Part shown: positions 27,678 through 34,651 of the stretch, one piece after another
How the letters are laid out: the number at the start of each line of letters is the position of its first letter
Position numbering within the stretch: the first letter of the stretch is position 1
NCBI GenBank assembly: GCA_964415935.1
Contig: CAYQCH010000003.1
Coordinates: 1-48,332 of the forward strand
Length of the DNA: 48,332 nt
Reading direction: 5' to 3'
From: an uncultured Gammaproteobacteria bacterium
GTDB lineage: Bacteria; Patescibacteriota; Patescibacteriia; VMEV01; CAYQCH01
The notes under the pieces: model-generated
What the model was told of the DNA's origin: nothing
Database searches by the model: none
The model's input: the letters and a program-made list of their open reading frames with translations, nothing else
Program-made: the position numbers and the translations under genes

Positions 27678-27743
27678 GCGGGTGTCGTATAACGGCTATT
27701 ATGTCAGCCCTGCCTGCCGGCAGGCAGGCTTCCAAGCTGAAGA
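27678..27743 (+). pseudogene. orphaned 5' portion (nt 1-46) of tRNA-Gly(UCC), interrupted by a 20-nt palindrome in the anticodon loop
   Basis: 27678..27709 and 27730..27743 are identical to nt 1-32 and 33-46 of the tRNA at 27987..28061. It has no T-arm or 3' acceptor. Confidence 0.8.
27709..27728. repeat. perfect 20-nt palindrome CCTGCCTGCCGGCAGGCAGG (copy 1)
   Basis: Read directly from the sequence. The same core recurs at 29154..29175, and a degenerate copy lies at 41142..41163. Confidence 0.9.
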
Positions 27744-27744
27744 T

Positions 27745-28001
27745 ATGGTTCATGTGTACGTGCTACAAAGCAGAAAGATAAAACGCTATACACAGGCATT
27801 ACAAATGACCTCGATCGGCGGCTTCGAGAGCACGATCACAAATCCAACCGGAGCACGAAACACAAAGCCCCTTTCGCCTTGTTGTACGTCGAGACCCATC
27901 GTTCGCACACAGAAGCTCGGGAGCGTGAAAAGTATCTAAAATCAGGCATCGGCAGACAGCACCTTAAAAAGCTCCAGGAGAAATACGCGGGTGTCGTATA
28001 A
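27745..28001 (+). pseudogene. YhbQ/Slx1-type GIY-YIG nuclease ORF, frameshifted
   Basis: Frame 1 reads MVHVYVLQSRK from ATG 27745. A second frame reads KDKTLYTGITNDLDRRLREH...PFALLYVETHRSHTEAREREKYLKSGIGRQHLK, ending at TAA 27999..28001 inside the tRNA. The two parts need a 1-nt shift in AGAAAGATAAAA (27772..27783). Confidence 0.75.
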
Positions 28002-28061
28002 CGGCTATTATGTCAGCCTTCCAAGCTGAAGACGGGGGTTCGACTCCCCCTACCCGCTCCA
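27987..28061 (+). tRNA. tRNA-Gly (anticodon UCC), CCA encoded
   Basis: Acceptor GCGGGTG/TACCCGC, anticodon stem TCAGC/GCTGA, loop CTTCCAA, T-arm GGGGGTTCGACTCCCCC. Confidence 0.9.
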
Positions 28062-28102
28062 ATCTGATTGCAATTGCTTGGCAAGATCGAAAACTGAATT
28101 GT

Positions 28103-29068
28103 ATGGATAGCACCACACAATCTCTTATTCAAACTTTGATTAATCATCAGTCTAGATTTCAAAAAGCTCAAATAGATGTCTCGCGACATTTTTGCATTAA
28201 ACGTTTAGTAAATTTTCTAAAATCAAATCAACTTCTCTCAAGTATCATTGAGGAATTAAAAGCTAAGGTTGATAACGCTGTTGAAACAGAAAAAGCTGCA
28301 AAGATCTTAGTCTCTGGGCACCTTGGGGCAGATTTTGAAAATGAAAACAATTTTATCCTCCGGTCTTACTTTGTTTTGGAGGCATGCGCAAGCGGGGCAA
28401 GTAGTTCTGTGACCCATGCTGGCCAGGCAGTGAGCAAGGAACCAACTAGTGCAACAACGTGCCAAAGCGCCTTTTCAGACATGTATATAGAGCCGCTTGT
28501 AGCCTACCTCGTGAACGAGCTTCAAAATAATCGGACTGTATTGCTTGCATTAATTCAGTATAAGCAAAAGGTAGAGTGGTTCCGCCGAGAGGAGTTTCGC
28601 AAATCCATCAAAAATTGCAAAAATAAAAGAATTGAGGAGGAAGTATTAAATCCGGACGTTTACGAATTTCTTCATGATCGGGGTATAGAATTTTATATTG
28701 AGCCGTCATCAGAACAATCGAAAGGAAGGCCTGATCTCATTACCGCACAAGGCGACCATCCTAAGTTGATTCTTGATGGCAAATACTTGGACGATACAGA
28801 TACGGCAAAATCATATATTAAAAGTTCTTTTTCACAAGTGTACCAATACACTTATGATTTTAATCGCCCTTCGGGATATATTGTTTTTTTTAAAAACTTC
28901 AAAAGTGACTTAAAGTTTTCACTTCCGACCACAGAGCAGGGACTCCCCATCGTGACGCATAATGGAAAACACATTTATTTTGTTCTGATTGACATTACAG
29001 ATGTGAAATCCCCATCTAAACGCGGGAAAATAAAGGCTATAGATATATCAGAATCTGATTTGAGATAA
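28103..29068 (+). CDS. AT-rich orphan with a C-terminal PD-(D/E)xK nuclease-like motif
   Basis: The ORF was trimmed to ATG 28103, since the track start lies inside the tRNA. It has a helical N-domain, then IEFYIEPSSEQSKGRPDLITAQGDHPKLILDGKY (E...PD...DGK). Its composition is visibly much more AT-rich than the flanks. Confidence 0.55.
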   Translation: MDSTTQSLIQTLINHQSRFQKAQIDVSRHFCIKRLVNFLKSNQLLSSIIEELKAKVDNAVETEKAAKILVSGHLGADFENENNFILRSYFVLEACASGASSSVTHAGQAVSKEPTSATTCQSAFSDMYIEPLVAYLVNELQNNRTVLLALIQYKQKVEWFRREEFRKSIKNCKNKRIEEEVLNPDVYEFLHDRGIEFYIEPSSEQSKGRPDLITAQGDHPKLILDGKYLDDTDTAKSYIKSSFSQVYQYTYDFNRPSGYIVFFKNFKSDLKFSLPTTEQGLPIVTHNGKHIYFVLIDITDVKSPSKRGKIKAIDISESDLR

Positions 29069-29153
29069 GAAAAAACCCCCGCCAGTCAGAGTCAACGTCG
29101 GTAGACGTCTTCTCGTCGTGGCGAGGGTCGCTTGGCTCCCCCAAGCGCAGGTT

Positions 29154-29175
29154 GCCTGCCTGCCGGCAGGCAGGC
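29154..29175. repeat. 22-nt perfect palindrome GCCTGCCTGCCGGCAGGCAGGC (copy 2)
   Basis: Read directly from the sequence. It lies 4 nt downstream (minus-strand sense) of the stop of 29180..29998. A further hairpin CGCTTGG-CTCCC-CCAAGCG is at 29129..29147. Confidence 0.9.
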
Positions 29176-29179
29176 GGCT

Positions 29180-29998
29180 CTAGGCGCCGCCGAAGCCGTC
29201 CGGATCCACCTCGGTGGCGGATGGACGGCGCGGGCGCGCGGCCGGAGCCTCGGGCTCCTCGACCGGACGCGGAGCGCTGGCGGGCAGCGAGCGGTCCGGC
29301 ACGGAAGCCGTGGGCGTCTCCTCCACCGCGGGCGGCGGAGGCGTGGGGTCGGTGTTCATCCTGGTGTGGATGACCCCGTCCTCGCCGGGCGTGGCCACGG
29401 CGGGCTCGGTGGAGCGAGCGCGGCGCGGACGCGGCAGGGACTCCGGCTCCTCGGCGGGCATGGAAGCGCCGCCGCGGAACCAGGCCATGATCTGCCTGTT
29501 GTTGACCGGCACGAGCCTGCCGTTCTCGAACGTGAAGTGCGAGACCAGGTCCAGCTCGGTGTCGACCACCATGCCGGGCTTCTCGATCTGCATGAACAGC
29601 GAGTAGATCAAGCCGTCAGCCCGAGCGGGCCAGACGACGTCACCGGTGGCGCTGTTCACGTTCAGCATGAGCCCGTTCTCCGGGTTGCTGCACACCTGCA
29701 GGGCCTCGTCGACCGTCTTGGGCATGAACTCCAAGACCTTGTCGAATGGGATGATGCAGGCCGCCTGGATGCGCTGCCGCTCCATCGCGGCGAACGTCAC
29801 CAGGTTGCAGCTGCTATCGACCGAGGCGACCACGGTGTAGTCGACCTTGGCGTCGCCGCTGCTGAGCGAACCCCAGTCGTTGGAGATCTCGGTCAGCTCG
29901 GCGCTGTTGAAGTACTGGTTGGGCGACGAGCAGCCGCTGCTGACGAGCAGCAGCACGAACGCCAGGACGACGGCCATGGCCTCAATAAGCGTGTTCAA
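29180..29998 (-). CDS. exported/lipoprotein-like orphan with extreme GC3 and a Pro-rich C-terminal tail
   Basis: TTG start 29998, preceded by GGGGGA; an alternative ATG is at 29977. Hydrophobic leader AVVLAFVLLLVSSGC. Nearly all codons from 29977 onward end in G/C. No family recognised. Confidence 0.6.
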   Translation of the reverse strand: MNTLIEAMAVVLAFVLLLVSSGCSSPNQYFNSAELTEISNDWGSLSSGDAKVDYTVVASVDSSCNLVTFAAMERQRIQAACIIPFDKVLEFMPKTVDEALQVCSNPENGLMLNVNSATGDVVWPARADGLIYSLFMQIEKPGMVVDTELDLVSHFTFENGRLVPVNNRQIMAWFRGGASMPAEEPESLPRPRRARSTEPAVATPGEDGVIHTRMNTDPTPPPPAVEETPTASVPDRSLPASAPRPVEEPEAPAARPRRPSATEVDPDGFGGA

Positions 29999-30062
29999 AC
30001 AATTCCCCCGAATGCAAGATCAGCTCCTGCTTGCTGTTTACGGCTTATTCCGCAAACATTAG

Positions 30063-30091
30063 ACAGTACCACAAAATTACTATTTTGTCAA
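30063..30091 (-). promoter_or_regulatory. near-consensus promoter for 29180..29998 (TTGACA-17-TGgTACTGT)
   Basis: On the minus strand the -35 is at 30091..30086 and the extended -10 at 30071..30063, within AT-rich backbone-like DNA. Confidence 0.5.
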
Positions 30092-30179
30092 TAGTTTGCT
30101 AAGATAAGCATAAAATAAGGGTATTTACGATTTTAAGCAGAGCAGGCATCATAAATGCATAGCATTGACCCCCTTATAT

Positions 30180-30560
30180 ATGGCGGAAGAGAAAGACTGG
30201 AAAGACAAATTGACGCCTGAGCAGTACCACGTCTTGCGCGAAAAAGGCACGGAAGCCCCTTTCACGGGCCAATACTGGAACCATCACGAAAAGGGCATGT
30301 ACGCCTGCGCTGCCTGCGGCGCCGAGTTGTTTTCTTCCGATGCCAAGTTTGATTCCGGCACGGGCTGGCCCAGCTTTGACAAGCCAGAGAACACCAAAAA
30401 CATCGAACTGCGCGACGACACCAGCCACGGCATGGTGCGCACGGAAGTGATCTGCAAAAATTGCGGCGGACATCTGGGCCATGTCTTTACCGACGGCCCG
30501 ACAGAAACTGGCCAGCGGTACTGTATCAACTCTTGTTCCCTGGACTTCAAAAAGAAATAA
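30180..30560 (+). CDS. msrB: peptide-methionine (R)-S-oxide reductase
   Basis: [28 protein letters not shown] and RYCINS. ATG 30180 was chosen; the track starts at TTG 30165. Confidence 0.9.
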   Translation: MAEEKDWKDKLTPEQYHVLREKGTEAPFTGQYWNHHEKGMYACAACGAELFSSDAKFDSGTGWPSFDKPENTKNIELRDDTSHGMVRTEVICKNCGGHLGHVFTDGPTETGQRYCINSCSLDFKKK

Positions 30561-30561
30561 T

Positions 30562-31080
30562 ATGCGCCATGACATAGACACATCCAAAAGCCATCTTACC
30601 TGGCATGCCAGCAAGGTTACCGGAAAGCATCACGGCTCTGTGGCGCTCAAATCTGGCTTTGTCGAAATCGATACCATGGGACTGCTGACCGGCGGCGAGT
30701 TCGTCATCGACATGCCCACCATTACCGACGAAGACATCACCAATGCCAGGCTCAAAGAGACGCTGGAAAATCATTTGAAGTCAGCTGACTTTTTTGACGT
30801 TGAAACATATCCGGAAGCCAGGCTGGTCATTACCAACGTCAAAACGAGCGAGAACGAAACCACCATTCTCTGCGACCTGACCATCCGCGGCAAAACCAGC
30901 ACCGTCGAATTCCCCGCGCAGATCAAGCAGGTCGATTCGCGCTGGATGGCCGATGCCACGGTGGCGTTTGACCGCACGCGCTGGGACATAACTTTCCGTT
31001 CGGGCAAATTTTTCCAGAACCTCGGCGATATTCTCATCCATGATGAAATCAAGCTGGATGTCCATGTAGAAACGAAGTAG
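30562..31080 (+). CDS. YceI-like domain protein
   Basis: Trimmed to ATG 30562, 1 nt after the msrB stop. HLTWHASKVTGKHHGSVALKSGFVEID and the later beta-rich pattern are typical of YceI. Confidence 0.75.
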   Translation: MRHDIDTSKSHLTWHASKVTGKHHGSVALKSGFVEIDTMGLLTGGEFVIDMPTITDEDITNARLKETLENHLKSADFFDVETYPEARLVITNVKTSENETTILCDLTIRGKTSTVEFPAQIKQVDSRWMADATVAFDRTRWDITFRSGKFFQNLGDILIHDEIKLDVHVETK

Positions 31081-31081
31081 C

Positions 31082-31465
31082 ATGCTGCCTGTTTTATCCA
31101 ACGCTAACCGCGATGAGCTGCAGCGCATCGCGAAGATAAAGGGATATGGCTCGTACAAACGCCATATCTTTTTATGCACCGGCGCGGGCCCCTGCACGGA
31201 CGGGCGCAGTTCCGAACATCTGTGGGAATTCCTCAAACGGCGCATCGCGGAGCTGGAACCTGATCCCGCGCATCCCACGGTCGGGCGCAGCAAGTCGGAA
31301 TGTTTGCGTGTCTGCAAACAAGGCCCGACGGCGCTGGTGTATCCGGAAGGCACGCTCTACGCGCTGCTGGACGAAGCAAAACTGGAGCGTGTCATTAGGG
31401 AGCATCTGTTGGGCGGCAGGCCGGTGGAAGAATACGCCATCATGCACGCTCCCTTGCTCCCCTAG
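31082..31465 (+). CDS. thioredoxin-like [2Fe-2S] ferredoxin domain protein
   Basis: HIFLCTGAGPC and ECLRVCKQGP cysteine pairs, followed by VYPEGTLY, matching the thioredoxin-like 2Fe-2S ferredoxin pattern. Confidence 0.6.
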   Translation: MLPVLSNANRDELQRIAKIKGYGSYKRHIFLCTGAGPCTDGRSSEHLWEFLKRRIAELEPDPAHPTVGRSKSECLRVCKQGPTALVYPEGTLYALLDEAKLERVIREHLLGGRPVEEYAIMHAPLLP

Positions 31466-31505
31466 GAACGGTACGCTACCATGGGGAGCGCAAAACGCGC
31501 ACTGA

Positions 31506-31576
31506 GCGGGATTCGTATAGTGGCAGTACGTCAGCTTCCCAAGCTGAACGCGCCGGTTCGATTCCGGTATCCCGCT
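31506..31576 (+). tRNA. tRNA-Gly (anticodon CCC), CCA not encoded
   Basis: Acceptor GCGGGAT/ATCCCGC, anticodon stem TCAGC/GCTGA, loop TTCCCAA, T-arm GCCGGTTCGATTCCGGT. Confidence 0.85.
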
Positions 31577-31627
31577 CCGTGGGCGTTTTTTTATGTCCAA
31601 ATGTCGGCGGCGTTTGACAATCCACCG

Positions 31628-31657
31628 TTGACATTTTGGAAATTTTCTGCGTATAGT
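31628..31657 (+). promoter_or_regulatory. near-consensus promoter for 31703..32356 (TTGACA-18-TATAGT)
   Basis: -35 at 31628..31633 and -10 at 31652..31657. A GGAAAGGG SD-like sequence lies before ATG 31703. Confidence 0.5.
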
Positions 31658-31702
31658 TGTTGCCACAGCTCCTCCACCAACGAGATACGGAAAGGGCCTC
31701 CC

Positions 31703-32356
31703 ATGCGGCGAATCTACGCCTTGCTCCCCGCCGTGGCGCTGTGCCTCGGCTGCTCCGCCTACAGCAACTTCAACCAGCCGGGCATGTTCCCCGAGGATCC
31801 GGAGATCCTCATGGCCGACGACCTGCAGTGGTCGGCGGACGATCTGGCCGAGTTCGGCCTGGACCGCAACGCCGTGAAGGGCAAGCCCTTCCTGCCGCCG
31901 GTCGACAACCGCCGCGACATGCGGTACTCCTTCCTGCGCCACGTCATCTCCGGCACCCGTCCGGACGGGCTGCCCAACCTGGTCGCCCCCGACGGCTACA
32001 ACCTGATGGTCTGGAAGGAGCGGCCCAGCGACGAGTTGACCGGCTGGATGCAGGTCTTCGCCTACCCCGCCGACTGGCAGCAGCGCGCGCGGCGCGGCCT
32101 GCACAGCCGCGACATCGGCTGGGCCTTCATCCGCCGCACGCATGACCTGCGGGGCTGGGAGAACGTCTCGCACGACTACCCCACCCGAACCTGGCGCCAC
32201 CCCACTCCGGCCGAGGAAGAGGTGCGCGGCGGACAGCCGACGATCTGGCACAGCCCGCGCCCGGTGCTGTGGCAGACCACCCCGTCGCCAAGCGCGGCTC
32301 CGGCGGCGGTGGCCTCAAGCCGCGTGGCCTGCCACTGCGGCCAGGTCCACCACTAG
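31703..32356 (+). CDS. exported/lipoprotein-like orphan with extreme GC3
   Basis: Trimmed to ATG 31703, since the track ORF starts upstream of the tRNA and runs through it. Leader MRRIYALLPAVALCLGCS. Almost every codon ends in G/C. No family recognised. Confidence 0.6.
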   Translation: MRRIYALLPAVALCLGCSAYSNFNQPGMFPEDPEILMADDLQWSADDLAEFGLDRNAVKGKPFLPPVDNRRDMRYSFLRHVISGTRPDGLPNLVAPDGYNLMVWKERPSDELTGWMQVFAYPADWQQRARRGLHSRDIGWAFIRRTHDLRGWENVSHDYPTRTWRHPTPAEEEVRGGQPTIWHSPRPVLWQTTPSPSAAPAAVASSRVACHCGQVHH

Positions 32357-32380
32357 GCGCCGCCCGGGCGCCATCAAGAA

Positions 32381-32422
32381 AACCGGCCTTTGTCTGACGA
32401 CGAGGGCCGGTTCTTCTTTTTT
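32381..32422 (+). terminator. intrinsic terminator after 31703..32356
   Basis: AACCGGCC (32381..32388) / GGCCGGTT (32405..32412), followed by CTTCTTTTTT. Confidence 0.6.
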
Positions 32423-32431
32423 ATAACAAAT

Positions 32432-33592
32432 TTAATGGCTGTGGACATGGCCGCCGCCGGGCGCAGGCGGATGTGCTTCGCGGCCAAACACGCGCGCGGC
32501 GATGTAGGTGGTAATGGGAACAGCAAGGATGAGCGCGGCGCTGCCGGACAACGTGCGCACAATTTCTTCCACCAAAAACTCGCTGTTGAAAATGATCCAG
32601 AGCGGAAAGTCGGTCTTGGTGAAAATAAGCAGCACCGGCAGGCTGGCGCCTACATACGCCAAAGCCAGCGTGTTGACCAGCGAGGCGATGTGCTCGCGGC
32701 CCACGGACAATCCGCGGTTGTACAGCTCATGCACGGGCAGCGCCGGGTTAGCGCGATGGATTTCATCAACCGTGGCCGCCTGCGCCGTGGTGATGTCGTC
32801 CAGCACGCCCAATGAACCGATGATGATGCCGCCCAGGTACAGGCCGCGCAAATTGATGTTCTGCAGCGGGCCTTGCAGCAAGGAAATGGAATCTTCCGAG
32901 CCCATACCGAAAATTTTGACGAACGACACCATGAGAATGGACAAAGCCGCCGAAAGAAACAAAGTAATGGCCGTTCCGGCCAGGGCCACGGTCGTGCGCT
33001 TTTGAAACCCATGCGCCAGGTATAGGGAAATAACCAAAATCATGACGCCGGAAACGAGACTGACCCACACCGGATTGCTGCCCGCTTCAATGCGCGGGAT
33101 CATGAATTCCACGATGATAATGAGGCTGAATGCCAGGCCGATCACGGAGGAAAGGCCTTTCCAGCGCCCAAACGAAATGGCCAGCAGAAAAAACGCGGCA
33201 AACAGCCAGAGCACGGCAGGCAGTCGGTACTTTTCTGCCACATAAAACTCTTCCTCGCCGTTGCGCGTAACTTTTACCACGACAACGCGCTCCCCTTCTT
33301 TTAACTTCTCCCGCTGCTCGTGATTGACCGGCAGCTGGAAGTCATGGGTAAACACTTCACCGCGGTCAGGCCCCTCGCTGATTTCCACGCGCACGGTCTG
33401 GTACGGCTGGCGGAATCCCTCAATATCCAGTTCCGTGTCAGCAAGGATTTGCACGACTTTACCGCGGTAGTATTCGTTTTTGACTTCCAGCGGCGGCAAC
33501 GGCGCTTCCCCCTGGGCTCGGCCAGGAATGGGAATGCACAACGCCGCGATAAAAATGATCGTGGAAACGAGCCGCTTCATAAGCCGCTGCAC
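32432..33592 (-). CDS. YibE/F-like integral membrane protein
   Basis: 386 aa. N-terminal TM plus a soluble beta-rich domain, then about 6 TM helices. The architecture is recalled from the YibE/F family. It overlaps the upstream gene by 16 nt. Confidence 0.55.
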   Translation of the reverse strand: MQRLMKRLVSTIIFIAALCIPIPGRAQGEAPLPPLEVKNEYYRGKVVQILADTELDIEGFRQPYQTVRVEISEGPDRGEVFTHDFQLPVNHEQREKLKEGERVVVVKVTRNGEEEFYVAEKYRLPAVLWLFAAFFLLAISFGRWKGLSSVIGLAFSLIIIVEFMIPRIEAGSNPVWVSLVSGVMILVISLYLAHGFQKRTTVALAGTAITLFLSAALSILMVSFVKIFGMGSEDSISLLQGPLQNINLRGLYLGGIIIGSLGVLDDITTAQAATVDEIHRANPALPVHELYNRGLSVGREHIASLVNTLALAYVGASLPVLLIFTKTDFPLWIIFNSEFLVEEIVRTLSGSAALILAVPITTYIAARVFGREAHPPAPGGGHVHSH

Positions 33593-34560
33593 TGCATGGC
33601 CTTGCTTAAGGCCATCGCATTATCCACCATGATGGTCATATAATTTTTGCCGGCATGCGCGTCCTCGGCGCTGATGCCCTCAATGGGATCAAGAACAGCC
33701 GTGGTGGCGCCCACTTCCCGGGCAAGCGCATCGGACAATTTGGGACTGGTCAGCGTTTCAAAAAAGATCGTGGTGATTCCCTTTTGTTTGGCCAGCGTTG
33801 CGAGTTCGCCCAACCGCTTGGCAGACGGCTGCTCCTGCGGGGAAAAACCGGCAATGGGAATAATTTCAAACCCGTACCGTCGGCCGAGGTAGGAAAACGC
33901 ATCATGAGACACGATAATTTCATTCAGGCGGCAAGATGTCAGCGCGAGCTGAAACTGGCGATGCAAACCCTGCGCGTCTGAAACCCAGAGTTCCAGGTTG
34001 TCCTCAAACTGGGCCGCATCATCCGCGAATTTTTCGCTGAGCGTTTCCGCTACGATGCGCCCGATTTCTTCCATAGCCAGCGGGTCGAGCCAGACATGCG
34101 GATCTTCCGGGCCATGATCTTCCTCATCTTCATGCGCTTCCTCACCCTCTTCTGCAGCAAGGATGGCGTACTGCGATGTCTCCAAAGCTTCGACGATATT
34201 CACGGTTTGCACGCCCTTGTCGGCCAAAGCGGGCATGAGCCGGTCTACCCAGGAATCAAGTCCGGCGCCGTTATAAAACAGCACGTCCACGTCTTGCAGG
34301 CGGACAATGTCCTGCGGTGATGGTTCAAAGTCATGGGGCTCGACGCCGCCGGGCGTTACAGTGGTGATGTCATATCCTTCACCGGCGATATGCTGCAGCG
34401 CAAAGGCCAGCGGGTAAAAACTGGCGGCCAGGCGGGGCTTTTCTCCCCCGGCATCAGGTTGCGCGACATCCGGCTGCGGCGGCCGCACCAGGCTCCAAAC
34501 ATAGAACATTCCACCCACCGCAATACATAAGGCGCCAAAAATCATTTTCCAATGTTTCAT
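33577..34560 (-). CDS. ZnuA/TroA-type metal ABC transporter substrate-binding protein
   Basis: Signal/TM, an acidic His-rich loop EEGEEAHEDEEDHGPEDPHVWLDP, and conserved DPHVWLD and HDAFSY motifs. Confidence 0.8.
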   Translation of the reverse strand: MKHWKMIFGALCIAVGGMFYVWSLVRPPQPDVAQPDAGGEKPRLAASFYPLAFALQHIAGEGYDITTVTPGGVEPHDFEPSPQDIVRLQDVDVLFYNGAGLDSWVDRLMPALADKGVQTVNIVEALETSQYAILAAEEGEEAHEDEEDHGPEDPHVWLDPLAMEEIGRIVAETLSEKFADDAAQFEDNLELWVSDAQGLHRQFQLALTSCRLNEIIVSHDAFSYLGRRYGFEIIPIAGFSPQEQPSAKRLGELATLAKQKGITTIFFETLTSPKLSDALAREVGATTAVLDPIEGISAEDAHAGKNYMTIMVDNAMALSKAMQCSGL

Positions 34561-34651
34561 ATGCCTGTAGCGTAGGCAACGGATGCCTAAAAGTCAAAAG
34601 AAAAGAGAACGCCGCCGGAAGGGTTTTTCACCCCGCCGGCGGCGCTTGAAG

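Noticed and set aside
27710-27729. The 20-nt insertion in the tRNA-Gly-like sequence, considered as a tRNA intron. The GIY-YIG region was also considered as an intron of a single split tRNA.
   Set aside because: The insertion lies 5' of the anticodon (position 32/33), not at the canonical 37/38 site. The upstream copy has no T-arm. A complete, uninterrupted tRNA-Gly follows, so a duplicated fragment is the simpler explanation.
27772-27783. Programmed -1 ribosomal frameshift to fuse the two GIY-YIG reading frames.
   Set aside because: There is no canonical X_XXY_YYZ slippery heptamer and no downstream pseudoknot-like structure. A 1-nt loss in an A-run (pseudogene or sequencing error) is more economical.
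28010-28102. N-terminal extensions of ORFs that start inside or just upstream of tRNA genes and include tRNA sequence (28010.., 41221.., 31481..).
   Set aside because: These segments fold as canonical tRNAs. In each case an internal ATG just downstream of the tRNA gives a sensible protein start.
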